Source: Candidatus Magasanikiibacteriota bacterium | Lineage (GTDB): Bacteria > Patescibacteriota > Patescibacteriia > Magasanikbacterales > UBA922 | DNA length: 64,000 bases | Direction: 5' to 3' | Assembly (NCBI GenBank): GCA_041665025.1 | Contig: JBAYJP010000003.1 | Location: 129,236 to 193,235, forward strand | Part shown: positions 28,378-38,735 of the stretch, one piece after another | How positions within the stretch are numbered: the first letter of the stretch is position 1 | How the letters are laid out: each line of letters starts with the position of its first letter | The notes under the pieces: model-generated | The model's input: the letters and a program-made list of their open reading frames with translations, nothing else | Databases searched by the model: none | What the model was told of the DNA's origin: nothing | Translations under genes and position numbers: made by a program

Positions 28378-29679
28378 TTAATATTTCATCAAAAATTCAT
28401 CAAACATTTCAGTCATATACTGAAGCATTTCTGATGTAATGCCAGGGTAACACCCAACCCAAAAGGTATTATTCATAATATAGTCTGTATTTTCTAAATT
28501 TCCAATCGATTTATGAATTATATTGCGTTCAACAAAATATGGCTGCCTTAGTATATTACCAGCAAAAAGAAATCTAGTGGCAATTTTTTTATTTTGAAGA
28601 TGTTCAATGATATCTGAACGAGTAAACGGAGAATCTTGACGAACAGTCAAAAGGAAACCAAACCAACTGGAATCCGCTCCGTCCAACCACGTTGGCAAGA
28701 CAAAAAATTTTTCATATTTTTTAAGATGATTATATAATAACGTAAAGTTCTTTTTCCTCATCTCAATAAAATTTTCAAGTTTATCAAACTGTGATAAACC
28801 CAAGGCAGCCTGGATATCCGTAGTCTTCAAATTATATCCGATTTCAGAATAAATAAATTTGTGATCATAGCCAAAAGGAAGATTGCCTAGCTGCCAACCA
28901 AATCTCTTGCCACAAGTATTATCCTGACCAGTATTACACCAACAATCTCTTCCCCAATCACGTATTGAACGCACAATACGATATAATAACGCATCATTGG
29001 TAAATACGGCTCCTCCTTCTCCCATCGTAATATGGTGGGCAGGATAAAAACTGCACGTAGCTATATGGCCAAACGTACCTGTCTTCTTTCCATGGTACAC
29101 CGATCCCAATGCGTCACAATTATCTTCAATAAGCCATAAATTATTTTTTTTACATATCTCAAGAATAGAATCAACATCAAACGGATTACCCAACGTATGC
29201 GCCAAAAAAACCGCACGTGTTTTGGGCCCTACTGCCTCTTGTATCTGATCTACTATAGCATTATAAGAACCGATCTCCACATCGACAAATACAGGGATAC
29301 ATCCATTTTGGATAATCGGATTTATTGTGGTCGGAAATCCCGCTGCCACTGTTATTATTTCGCTACCTGGTTCTATTCTTCTTTCTTTCAATTTCAAAGA
29401 TGTCAACGCACTTAAAGCTAGTAGATTTGCCGAGGAACCTGAATTTGTAAGCGCTGAATATTTAACTCCCAACCAATTACCTATACGTTGCTCAAATAGA
29501 GCTGAAAAACGTCCCTCAGTCCACCATCCGTCAAGTACAGCCTCAACCATGTTTATTATTTCATGCTCATCAAAGACTTTACCATTAATTGGGACTGAAG
29601 ATTCACCTGCTATAAATCGCTTTTTAGTAAAATTTACGCTACAATAGTTTATAAGTAAATCCCTCATTGCTTGATCCAT
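28378..29679 (-). CDS. CDP-6-deoxy-D-xylo-4-hexulose 3-dehydrase (E1, RfbH/DdhC-like) of the DegT/DnrJ/EryC1 family
   Basis: The aminotransferase Schiff-base Lys position reads AHHITMGEGG (His instead of Lys). A Cys-X-Cys-X7-Cys cluster (CWCNTGQDNTC) also resembles the E1 Fe-S motif (recalled from memory). Confidence 0.65.
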   Translation of the reverse strand: MDQAMRDLLINYCSVNFTKKRFIAGESSVPINGKVFDEHEIINMVEAVLDGWWTEGRFSALFEQRIGNWLGVKYSALTNSGSSANLLALSALTSLKLKERRIEPGSEIITVAAGFPTTINPIIQNGCIPVFVDVEIGSYNAIVDQIQEAVGPKTRAVFLAHTLGNPFDVDSILEICKKNNLWLIEDNCDALGSVYHGKKTGTFGHIATCSFYPAHHITMGEGGAVFTNDALLYRIVRSIRDWGRDCWCNTGQDNTCGKRFGWQLGNLPFGYDHKFIYSEIGYNLKTTDIQAALGLSQFDKLENFIEMRKKNFTLLYNHLKKYEKFFVLPTWLDGADSSWFGFLLTVRQDSPFTRSDIIEHLQNKKIATRFLFAGNILRQPYFVERNIIHKSIGNLENTDYIMNNTFWVGCYPGITSEMLQYMTEMFDEFLMKY

Positions 29680-29811
29680 AGGTTTATTTGGTAAAGAATA
29701 TTTACCTTAATAATAGCAGTCTTTTTAAAAAAAAACAATATTTCAAATCTACGTTGACAGATATTACAAAAAGGCTTAAAATAGAGCTAATTATTCAATA
29801 AATTTCATGAT

Positions 29812-30879
29812 ATGGTAAATATTCTTGTTACGGGTCATCTAGGTTATATTGGAACTATTTTGGTGCAGTTACTCAAAGAGAAGGGATACAGGGTAACGGG
29901 ATTAGATACAGGGTATTTCAAAGACTGCGTTTTTTATAGCACTAATGCCACAAAACCAGATGTTGAAATCGTTAAAGATATTCGTCTCGTTAGCATGGAA
30001 GATCTAAAAAATATTGATGCAATTTGTCATCTCTCCGCAATTTCTAATGACCCGATGGGAGAATTAAACCCTCAACTTACAGAAGAGATAAATTTCCGTT
30101 CCTCAATTAACTTGGCAAGATGTGCACAACAAGCTGGGGTAAAAAGATTTTTATTTTCTTCCTCTTGCAGCATGTATGGGAAGTCCGGATCCAATGCGGT
30201 AGACGAAGAATCTACGCTTTCTCCTATTACTGCCTATGCCAAGTCAAAAGTATTAACTGAGCTAGAGCTGAGGAGTATGGCTCGTGAAGATTTCTGCCCA
30301 ATTTATTTAAGAAATTCTACTGCGTATGGAGTTTCTCCTCATATGAGAATGGATCTGGTTGTGAATAATCTAATGGCCTGGGCAGTGACGACAGGAAATG
30401 TACATATTATGAGTGATGGATCTCCCTGGAGACCTATTCTCCATGTCGAAGATATTGCTCGGTCATTTTTATTGCTTTTGGAGGCACCTCAAGAGAAGGT
30501 ACATAACCAGGCCTTTAACATAGGGGCCAACAGCGAAAATTACCAAATCAAAGAGATAGCACATGCTGTCGCAAATTTAGTACCAAACTCACAAGTTGCT
30601 TTTAGTGAAGCTCCTGATAAGGATTCTCGATCTTACCGTGTCTCGTTCGATAAGATCAAGACGATATTCCCAGAGTTTAAATTAAAGTGGAATCTAGACA
30701 GCGGAGCAAAACAACTATATTACTTTTATACGACATTAGGAATTCCACAAAATGTCCTACAAGAACGAGAATTTATTCGATTAAAACAATTACAATATTT
30801 AAAAGAAAATAAGTTAATAGATAACGAATTATATTGGACTAAAACCACTGTGGCTCTAAGTTCGAGACCTATCATTTAA
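29812..30879 (+). CDS. NAD-dependent epimerase/dehydratase family protein (SDR)
   Basis: MVNILVTGHLGYIGTILV Rossmann motif; 355 aa. Confidence 0.65.
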   Translation: MVNILVTGHLGYIGTILVQLLKEKGYRVTGLDTGYFKDCVFYSTNATKPDVEIVKDIRLVSMEDLKNIDAICHLSAISNDPMGELNPQLTEEINFRSSINLARCAQQAGVKRFLFSSSCSMYGKSGSNAVDEESTLSPITAYAKSKVLTELELRSMAREDFCPIYLRNSTAYGVSPHMRMDLVVNNLMAWAVTTGNVHIMSDGSPWRPILHVEDIARSFLLLLEAPQEKVHNQAFNIGANSENYQIKEIAHAVANLVPNSQVAFSEAPDKDSRSYRVSFDKIKTIFPEFKLKWNLDSGAKQLYYFYTTLGIPQNVLQEREFIRLKQLQYLKENKLIDNELYWTKTTVALSSRPII

Positions 30880-30962
30880 CTTCTTCTTCACTTAAAGTTA
30901 TTTTACCCGCAAGTAGAAAAAATTTATTTTTCTCTCATGCAAGCAGACATAAATTTGGCATA

Positions 30963-31445
30963 TCACTTGTATACCACATCCCAAGAGTATGGTATGTTGT
31001 TATGAAGAGGATCGAGACGTTCCATTTCCCCTGGCGTATGAGGAAGTGTTGCACAGTTTGCCAAAATCGAAGATTGAGTGCCGATAGTTTTGTAACCATT
31101 CCAGACATGTGGCGGAATCTTTATAAGCATTCTATTATCTTCGCCCATAAAAATTTCCATAACACCCCCTTTTGTTGGACTTTCGGGTCGATCATCATAC
31201 AATACAAGTTTTATAAGGCCCATGACCACACTATAGTTGAGCGTCATCTCTTTATGCAAATGCCACCCTTTAATCACTCCAGGGTATGCTTTTGAAAAAT
31301 AAATTTCACCGAATTTTTCAAACAACGTCTCATCAGAGCGAAGCATGTGATAAATTGCTCCACGCTCATCAGGTATAGCTTCTATTTTTTTAATTACAAC
31401 CCCATCGATGGATGTTCCATACACACCTGATATATGTTCTATCAT
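30963..31445 (-). CDS. RmlC-like cupin sugar 3,5-epimerase
   Basis: 160 aa counted from the internal ATG (the track start is TTG); dTDP-4-dehydrorhamnose 3,5-epimerase-like fold and length. Confidence 0.6.
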   Translation of the reverse strand: MIEHISGVYGTSIDGVVIKKIEAIPDERGAIYHMLRSDETLFEKFGEIYFSKAYPGVIKGWHLHKEMTLNYSVVMGLIKLVLYDDRPESPTKGGVMEIFMGEDNRMLIKIPPHVWNGYKTIGTQSSILANCATLPHTPGEMERLDPLHNNIPYSWDVVYK

Positions 31446-31453
31446 AATAAAAA

Positions 31454-32416
31454 TTATTTTAGAGATGAATAATAATTCCAAGTTTTTTGTAGTCCCTCTT
31501 TCAAAGATGTGTGGGCAGTCCAGTTGAGCAGCTCTTTCGCTTTTTGTCCTTCACAGTTGACAAAAAATATCTCATTGTCAGCGTATGGTCGATTGTACCG
31601 TGCCAAATTTGTTATTCCGCTTATCTCTTCCAAAGATTCTACGACCGTACGCACAGTATGAGTCTGTGTAATCCCTATATCAAATACGTCATAGGTTTTT
31701 TTCATCGTATTACAATACTCAAGTGACTTGACGAAAGCCTCTGCGATATCTTCTACATAGGTAAAATTCCATTGTTGTTCACCGGCAGTTGTTTCAAATG
31801 ATTCTCTTTTTATTAATCTCTGGATAATATAAGGAACCAGCTTAGTATTATCTTTTGGCCCATATGGAGCAAACAGACGCAAATGTACACATTTCAAACC
31901 ATATGACTTTGTATAAAAATAAACCATATCTTGAAAAGCAAGTTTTGTTTGGGCATAAAAATTATATGGATGAACTGGAGATACTTCATTTAAAATTTTT
32001 TTACCCATCAAATCATATTCAAAAAAACTTCCTGCAGTGATAATATGTTTCACTCCATACTCTCTCATCAAATCCAAAATAACACAAGGAAACAAGACAT
32101 TTGATTCTATCATATCCGCTACCTGATCTGTACTAGTATGATTTTTATAATACCTCGTTGCTAAGTGAAATACAGCATCAATCTTATTTTCATAAAATAG
32201 CTTTCTGAGGGATCCTAAATCATTATAATAAACAGACACCGAGGCTAGATATTCTTTTATGCGCCAAGTATCTGAGGTCGGACTAATTACGATTACGACT
32301 TTATAATGAAGTCGCATAAGTAAGTCTAGAAAAAAAGACCCAATAAAACCTGCCGCCCCCGTAACAAGAATGGTTTTTTGAGTGCCATCTTTTGTATGTG
32401 TTATTCGAGTTTCCAT
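31454..32416 (-). CDS. NAD-dependent epimerase/dehydratase (candidate CDP-hexose 4,6-dehydratase or reductase)
   Basis: ILVTGAAGFIGSFFLDLL Rossmann motif; start taken at METRI. Confidence 0.6.
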   Translation of the reverse strand: METRITHTKDGTQKTILVTGAAGFIGSFFLDLLMRLHYKVVIVISPTSDTWRIKEYLASVSVYYNDLGSLRKLFYENKIDAVFHLATRYYKNHTSTDQVADMIESNVLFPCVILDLMREYGVKHIITAGSFFEYDLMGKKILNEVSPVHPYNFYAQTKLAFQDMVYFYTKSYGLKCVHLRLFAPYGPKDNTKLVPYIIQRLIKRESFETTAGEQQWNFTYVEDIAEAFVKSLEYCNTMKKTYDVFDIGITQTHTVRTVVESLEEISGITNLARYNRPYADNEIFFVNCEGQKAKELLNWTAHTSLKEGLQKTWNYYSSLK

Positions 32417-33174
32417 TTTGGGTTGTCTTTCCATAGTTCATTTAAATCCTTTACATCTTTCATAGTATCCATAGAGTGCCAAAATCCTTCATGCACAAAC
32501 TGGCTAAGCTTTTTTGATCCAACCATGCGGTGTAAACCAGTCTCGAGCATTTCACCTTCACGTAAAAAACTCAAAGCGTCTTTATGAAACACCATAAAAC
32601 CAGCATTAATATAATCATTGAGCACGGGCTTTTCGTCAAACGTATGAATAATGTCATTCTCATCTCCGATAATCTGTCCATATTTTGAAGATGGGTGAGC
32701 CGCGGTGATGGTTGCACTTATATCAAACGTCTCACGTTTTTTGTAATAATGATTAATAATATCTGGAATCTTGACATCACTCAAACCATCTCCATAAGTT
32801 ACCATAAAATCATTTTCTTCGACATATTTAGAAGCCTTCAGTACTCTCTCGCCGCTTAGGGTATCTTCGCCTGTCTCTGCAAATGTAATACGGAATGGTA
32901 GATCACCGGCTGAAGAGTGATAATCAATCTGTCCACTAGACGCATCATACGTCAAATCATTCGCAAATCTTTTCAAATGCAAAAAATATTCACGAATAAG
33001 ATCTCCTCGGTATCCAAGTGCTAAAACAAAATCATTATACCCATAATGACTATATATATTCATAATATGGATCAAAATTGGCAAATCTCCAATCTTCACC
33101 ATCGGTTTGGGCTTAAATTCTGTCTCTTCATGAAGACGCATTCCTTTTCCTCCACACAAAATTATTGTTTTCAT
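32401..33174 (-). CDS. rfbF: glucose-1-phosphate cytidylyltransferase
   Basis: MKTIILCGGKGMRLHEETEFKPKPMVKIGDLPIL; 257 aa, matching RfbF/DdhA length and N-terminus. Confidence 0.8.
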   Translation of the reverse strand: MKTIILCGGKGMRLHEETEFKPKPMVKIGDLPILIHIMNIYSHYGYNDFVLALGYRGDLIREYFLHLKRFANDLTYDASSGQIDYHSSAGDLPFRITFAETGEDTLSGERVLKASKYVEENDFMVTYGDGLSDVKIPDIINHYYKKRETFDISATITAAHPSSKYGQIIGDENDIIHTFDEKPVLNDYINAGFMVFHKDALSFLREGEMLETGLHRMVGSKKLSQFVHEGFWHSMDTMKDVKDLNELWKDNPKWKLE

Positions 33175-34028
33175 ATATCTTTTTGCTTATTAATAATATT
33201 ATTGCAGATAGTAATCCATCTCTGCACCTCGTGTTTTCCTCTATATTTCACAAAAAAATTACCAAATAAAGGTAAACTATAAAAATATTTATAAAACCCT
33301 TTTTTGTATTTTGCCTTGCCCAAAAATGATCCACGCCCAAAATGTGCCCCAATAAGAGAACTACCATCCAGATAATATTCCGCCACACCCGTTAACTCTC
33401 GAAATGGACCAGCACTAAACCAACGGGTATTCTTTGCATCAAATACCTTGCCACGAAGACCTGCTTTCGTAAACTTGTCCCAGACCTCCCATGCGGTGTC
33501 ATGTTCAGGAGGAACAGGAAAACCCGTGTATTTGGTATCGGGTTTCCAGCTGATTTGTAATGATTTGAAAACTTGTGTATCAAATAACACAATAAATTGA
33601 AAAGGGAAGAGGTCAATATCTCTTACCTTATTATCATGGTGATCTTGAGTAAGTCGTGGCGAACCAATTATCGGCTTCTTCTCATCCAAAAATTCTATCA
33701 AGATAGTATCCCAATGTTTCTTCAATATAAGTGCGTCGCTATCCAAGACAACAGTGTACGGAGTCTTGACTTGTTCCATAAGAACATCTAGAGCAGTCCC
33801 ATGAGCTAGATTTGCCTTTTCATTTTTGCCTTTTCGAAAATGTAAATATACATTATCATATTTTTCAGCTATACATATTATTTTTTCTATCTCACCATTA
33901 GTGGAACCATTATCATTAATCAAAACAACGTACTTATTATCTGTAAGTACTTGCAACGCACGTAGAGAAACTCCGACGAAATCAGAGGTATTATAATTCG
34001 TTATCAAAATAGTTAACTTTTCGTTCAT
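33171..34028 (-). CDS. GT2 glycosyltransferase
   Basis: LTILITNYNTSDFVGVSLRAL...LINDNGSTNGE. Confidence 0.75.
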   Translation of the reverse strand: MNEKLTILITNYNTSDFVGVSLRALQVLTDNKYVVLINDNGSTNGEIEKIICIAEKYDNVYLHFRKGKNEKANLAHGTALDVLMEQVKTPYTVVLDSDALILKKHWDTILIEFLDEKKPIIGSPRLTQDHHDNKVRDIDLFPFQFIVLFDTQVFKSLQISWKPDTKYTGFPVPPEHDTAWEVWDKFTKAGLRGKVFDAKNTRWFSAGPFRELTGVAEYYLDGSSLIGAHFGRGSFLGKAKYKKGFYKYFYSLPLFGNFFVKYRGKHEVQRWITICNNIINKQKDI

Positions 34029-34033
34029 AGAAC

Positions 34034-34829
34034 TTATTCAAATTGTTTTGAAATAATTATTTCTTGATTAGGATAGACAAAAAGTTTGAATAACAAAAAA
34101 TTATACAAAAAATTTAACCTGCTTTTGGGATTATTAAACGGCCTATATAATCGATACCATACAATGTTCTTTTTTCTAACCAAAATCTTATTAATACTTT
34201 TTTCAGTCACAAAATTAATTGTACTCAAAAAACTTGTCCGGCGTCTCATTAAAAAAAGATACAATCTACCAAAAATCTTCGGCAAAAAGGTTGGAAACAC
34301 AATTTTATAATGTCTCTCGTAAGGAAAACGATAATTGGGCGTATTCATATAAATCAATCCGCCAGGCTTCACGATCCGTATCATTTCATCCATACATCTT
34401 TCAACATCATCTACGTGTTCCAAAACAGTATAACAATGGACGACGTCAAACTGATTTGAATCAAATGATATATTTTCTCCAAATTCCTTGCGAAAATTTT
34501 CGAGCGGAATATTATGCCTTTTGCATTTTTCTTGAATAATTTCAAATTCTGCCTCGCTTGGCTCTATACCAAAAACTTCGCAAGAATAATTCTGCTGTAA
34601 GGCTACTACCAAACCGCCTGTTCCGGCACCAAAAACGAAATGCTTTTGATGTTCAGTAAATTTCATACTAAGAATTTTTTCTCTTTCTCTCAATTCCATT
34701 TTTTCTCTTTCTTCCTCATGCAACCTCTGTTCTGCTCTCTGTCTCCAATCACGAAGAGAACATATATCTCTATAATAATGTGAGTAATATTCCATCATTT
34801 TTTTTTGAATTATACCAGTGCTGTCCATA
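34034..34829 (-). CDS. class I SAM-dependent methyltransferase
   Basis: VFGAGTGGLVVAL motif I and KPGGLIYMNTPN. Start set at MDSTG to avoid an overlap; the track start is 34891. Confidence 0.6.
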
Positions 34830-34859
34830 TTTATTAAAATCAAAAAAATAAAATAACAT

Positions 34860-35543
34860 TTATTTATGGCATATAATAAAATAACCGCCATGATAACCTT
34901 TTAAATTTTCACTATTTTTAACCAAATTTATATTATCTAATTTTACAAGCACATCAAAAAAAGGATAAAAAAAATAAAAAATATGTCTTATCACAGCAGG
35001 CAAAGAACGCACAAACTTACGCACCATATCACCTAAAATAGTAAAATATCCTCCAGTTATTTCAAAAAGACACAAATCAAAACCAACATTTGACAATACA
35101 TTTTTCCATTTAAACTCCGTCCACCTTTGAAAATCAAACGGATCAGAATGAATAGGATATAAAAAAGGCGCAGACAAAATGCATATTCCTCCTGGTTTAA
35201 GCACTCGATAACACTCTCTGATTCCATTGTCAATATCGCCCACATGCTCAAACAATTCAATAGCATTAATGACATCAATGCTATTGCTTTCAATGTGATC
35301 CATTTTTGCCACATCCATGAGAATATCTGGTTTATTTTTTTCTTCTATATCTACAAAAATCCATTCCGTCGTATTTTCTCTTGGCTTAATAAAATTTCCA
35401 CGGTCTCTTCCACCAATATCCAAAACTTTTCCTTTATACAAATTACTATATTTTTTTTGTAATTTATCCAAAAACTTTCTACGATATGAGGCCCAGAAAT
35501 AATATTTGATTTTTTGAATTAACTTAGACATAAATAGTTTCAT
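34860..35543 (-). CDS. class I SAM-dependent methyltransferase
   Basis: VLDIGGRDRGNF and LKPGGICILSAPF. Confidence 0.65.
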   Translation of the reverse strand: MKLFMSKLIQKIKYYFWASYRRKFLDKLQKKYSNLYKGKVLDIGGRDRGNFIKPRENTTEWIFVDIEEKNKPDILMDVAKMDHIESNSIDVINAIELFEHVGDIDNGIRECYRVLKPGGICILSAPFLYPIHSDPFDFQRWTEFKWKNVLSNVGFDLCLFEITGGYFTILGDMVRKFVRSLPAVIRHIFYFFYPFFDVLVKLDNINLVKNSENLKGYHGGYFIICHK

Positions 35544-36568
35544 TTTTTCTTCAAAAGAAGCATTGAAAAAAAATGTATAACTCTCACAACATAAAAAGAA
35601 AAAACTAGTCTAGTATAATGGTAAATACTAATGTTCTTGACTAAATATTTCTGGGACGCAACGTCCTCCATGATAAGCGAGGCAAAGATGATATATTTTT
35701 GTGTGACTTGCTCTATGTTTTCAATATGAATCATATGTTGATATTCCTTATATTTTTGACATACACGCTCTATTTTGCCCAAAATGTCATTCATTCCTTT
35801 AAATAATTCTCCTCCTAGACCGAGTAATTCTGGATGACCCCCACTATCAAGAGCCACAGCTGGCAAACCACAGGCCAATGCTTCAGTTAAAGAATTGGAA
35901 CAAGGATCATCTTCGGACGCCGTTACAAAAATGTCATGCAGATTCAATACGTGGGATAAATCTCTATTCAACATTGGTTTTATCATTTTTATATTTTTGA
36001 ATCTTACTGGGGAATTGCCAATGAACGTCATTTCATATTTATCAAAATCTAAATGTTTATCCAAATAATTATATATTAAAAATCCTTTTTTTATATTTGG
36101 AGACCAGCTAACCGCAATAAGCTTGGTCTTGTTTCCTTTCTGTTGTGCAGATTCATGATCTATTTTTTTGAATTCTGAACCAGGTGCATTTAAAATGGTT
36201 GTCTGACAATGATTTTTGGTCATTCCTTGAAAATAATTCATTTTTTCGCTCCATTTTGATTGAAATATTGTTCCATCTGCTATCGAATTGTTGAGTCTAT
36301 ATATAAAATAATCTGATTTTAAATCGTTACCTCTGACTTTATATAGTGGCCCATCTACCCGATGTATAAATATTTTCTTAGGATATTTATATTTGGTCTT
36401 GATAACAGATAGACATTCATGATGCGAATTAAATAAAATTATATCAGCCTTGCCAATATTCTCTTCATACACCCCTGACAATACAAATTGCTCTTTCAAG
36501 GCTTTTAAAAACTGATTTGCACCGCCCCAAGGGCCGTCCTTTAGTTCATATAAAATATGTATTTTCAT
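35540..36568 (-). CDS. GT-B fold glycosyltransferase (GT4-like)
   Basis: C-terminal DIFVTASEDDPCSNSLTEALACGLPAVALDSGGHPEL. Confidence 0.65.
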   Translation of the reverse strand: MKIHILYELKDGPWGGANQFLKALKEQFVLSGVYEENIGKADIILFNSHHECLSVIKTKYKYPKKIFIHRVDGPLYKVRGNDLKSDYFIYRLNNSIADGTIFQSKWSEKMNYFQGMTKNHCQTTILNAPGSEFKKIDHESAQQKGNKTKLIAVSWSPNIKKGFLIYNYLDKHLDFDKYEMTFIGNSPVRFKNIKMIKPMLNRDLSHVLNLHDIFVTASEDDPCSNSLTEALACGLPAVALDSGGHPELLGLGGELFKGMNDILGKIERVCQKYKEYQHMIHIENIEQVTQKYIIFASLIMEDVASQKYLVKNISIYHYTRLVFSFYVVRVIHFFSMLLLKKK

Positions 36569-36583
36569 AAAAGTAAGCCTATT

Positions 36584-37477
36584 CTATTTTTTTCTCGCTA
36601 TAGTGCGCCCCATGCTTTCTTCAAGAATAATTTTTCCTTCTACAATTTCGTAATTATCTCTTATAAATTTTAAAACTTGCCCTCTCTCACGCAAAGCCTG
36701 GGATGTATCCAAACCATCACCTTTAGATAAAATAAAATCAAAACATAGATAACCACCTTCTTCTAGATGTCTGGTAAGATGCTGTACCACAGCAAGTGGG
36801 TCAGGCAGATGTTCCAAGACAGTTATCAAAAAGATAATATTAAATGTGTCTTCCAATTTAGGCAAGGAGTTAGGAATACAATCAACACATTTAACTCCAA
36901 ACTGCTTTAATCTCCACTTTGCATAATGGTATGTAAATTGCGGAATATCGGCAATAGTAAATTTAAAATTTATCTTTTTGTCATTAATTAAACTGCTTAC
37001 AATGGGGGCGGCACCACAACCATACTCTAATACGCTATCATGCTTATGTAGATACTTTCTAAAAGGAAAATATTGAAATGGAGATAAAGCATATTTATAG
37101 ACTGCGCTGAATACAGAATAAATATTTAAATGATTTTGCCAAGCATACAAGAATGTACCGGCGTTACCTTCATCATTGACTGATACATTCTGAAAACCAA
37201 TTCTATACCATGAATGTAAAAAGTAAAAATCATGGAGACGAAGAGGCCGACCACCAAGAGCATGTTGCCAATAATCTTCAAATTCTTCAAACCAACCGCG
37301 ATAAAATCCACTATCAACCAATTTTTGATACCAACCAATAAAAAACAAAAACTTATTTAGATTGCCAATAAGCCAGCCGTGGCAATGTGACAGGTTACTT
37401 TTGATCATCGGATCATCGTTGATTTCTTGATGTTTCTGGCTGATGTCAATTGTTAAATCATTATAATAATTTGGCAT
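36584..37477 (-). CDS. SAM-dependent methyltransferase with N-terminal unknown domain
   Basis: VLEYGCGAAPIVSSL motif I in the C-terminal half. Confidence 0.55.
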   Translation of the reverse strand: MPNYYNDLTIDISQKHQEINDDPMIKSNLSHCHGWLIGNLNKFLFFIGWYQKLVDSGFYRGWFEEFEDYWQHALGGRPLRLHDFYFLHSWYRIGFQNVSVNDEGNAGTFLYAWQNHLNIYSVFSAVYKYALSPFQYFPFRKYLHKHDSVLEYGCGAAPIVSSLINDKKINFKFTIADIPQFTYHYAKWRLKQFGVKCVDCIPNSLPKLEDTFNIIFLITVLEHLPDPLAVVQHLTRHLEEGGYLCFDFILSKGDGLDTSQALRERGQVLKFIRDNYEIVEGKIILEESMGRTIARKK

Positions 37478-37481
37478 AACA

Positions 37482-38723
37482 CTATTTTATCCGAGTTATA
37501 AATCCTTTCTCAAAAAATTTATTAACATACTCCAAAACAACTCCAAAGTCCATATGCAATTCATCAGCGATATCAAAGACACTCATTTCTCCTTCAAGAC
37601 GATACATAATTTTTGAGATATTGTGATTAAGTGGACGGTTAACTTCCTTAGGAACCCACAGGCCATGGCCAGAAAGAAAGACAGGGCCCTTAAATGTACG
37701 TCTAGGGATGTAGTCAGTATCCAAGATATCAAGTATTTCTAAAAAAATACGTTTTGACTCTTCCAGACGATCTTCAGTGACAATTGAAAGATTATCTTTG
37801 CTTGTGTGATATTCAGGATATGGCCAACGACTTATAGAAATCATAGGGATATTAATCCCCGGGCCATTAAAAACACCTTCGTCATTGCCCACAACTTCTC
37901 CATATGGTCCGCTGCGGAAATCATCCTCCCGTCTTTGTATGACATATTCAGCGATTCTATCCAGTTTTGTATTTCCTTGCCGGGAATATTGTAAAACATG
38001 ATTATTATCATTTCCCAACATTTCAAAAAAAATGCCATATCTAGCTTTGGATATCAAATCCTCATTTTGACTTAAATATGCAATAGAACCAATGGTCTCA
38101 GGTACTATGACGGCCTTATAAGTATAATAATTTTTTTTCTTAGACAGCGCCTGGATCACATCCATAAGTACTGCAACTCCTGTCAGGTCATCATTGACTT
38201 GTGCAGGATGGCAAAGATGCGCAACCAAAAAAATGATTTCATCGCTCTCGCCAGGTATTGTAATTTCTCCAACTTTTAAACTTCCCCCAGTATCTTCACT
38301 GTCTATATATACATGATAGTTGTCATCAACAAAATTCTTTAATTTTTCATGTTCAATACAAAAACCCCAATCTCTATCATAATATTTGAACACCCAAGGT
38401 ATCGCGTTAGGTTGTTTTTGATTTGAATGTAAGTGTTTAAAAAGTTCCTCTTTATTCACTTTCTTATCAATTGGCAATGAACTTCCAACAACATGCAAAG
38501 GATGATCTTTGAGATCAAGCAGGATATCTCCATTACTGCCTTTTATCCATGCTTCTTTAACTGACCATTTTTGTGGTACTTTCCATGTCCAGCATGTTGA
38601 ACCACATGTAATTTCATGAATTTTCATTGGAAAAATTTTGGATAGATAATTCAAAGATTCGTCAAAGCCATCTGAAACAATGTCTCTTCTTTTGTGCCAC
38701 AAATCTTGAATAATTTTCATCAT
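37482..38723 (-). CDS. M28-like zinc peptidase / aminopeptidase-like domain protein (DUF4910-type, seen in O-antigen clusters)
   Basis: VAHLCHPAQVNDDLTGVAVLMDVIQAL matches the metal-ligand H...DD..G block of M28/M20 peptidases. Confidence 0.4.
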   Translation of the reverse strand: MMKIIQDLWHKRRDIVSDGFDESLNYLSKIFPMKIHEITCGSTCWTWKVPQKWSVKEAWIKGSNGDILLDLKDHPLHVVGSSLPIDKKVNKEELFKHLHSNQKQPNAIPWVFKYYDRDWGFCIEHEKLKNFVDDNYHVYIDSEDTGGSLKVGEITIPGESDEIIFLVAHLCHPAQVNDDLTGVAVLMDVIQALSKKKNYYTYKAVIVPETIGSIAYLSQNEDLISKARYGIFFEMLGNDNNHVLQYSRQGNTKLDRIAEYVIQRREDDFRSGPYGEVVGNDEGVFNGPGINIPMISISRWPYPEYHTSKDNLSIVTEDRLEESKRIFLEILDILDTDYIPRRTFKGPVFLSGHGLWVPKEVNRPLNHNISKIMYRLEGEMSVFDIADELHMDFGVVLEYVNKFFEKGFITRIK

Positions 38724-38735
38724 ATATACAAATGG

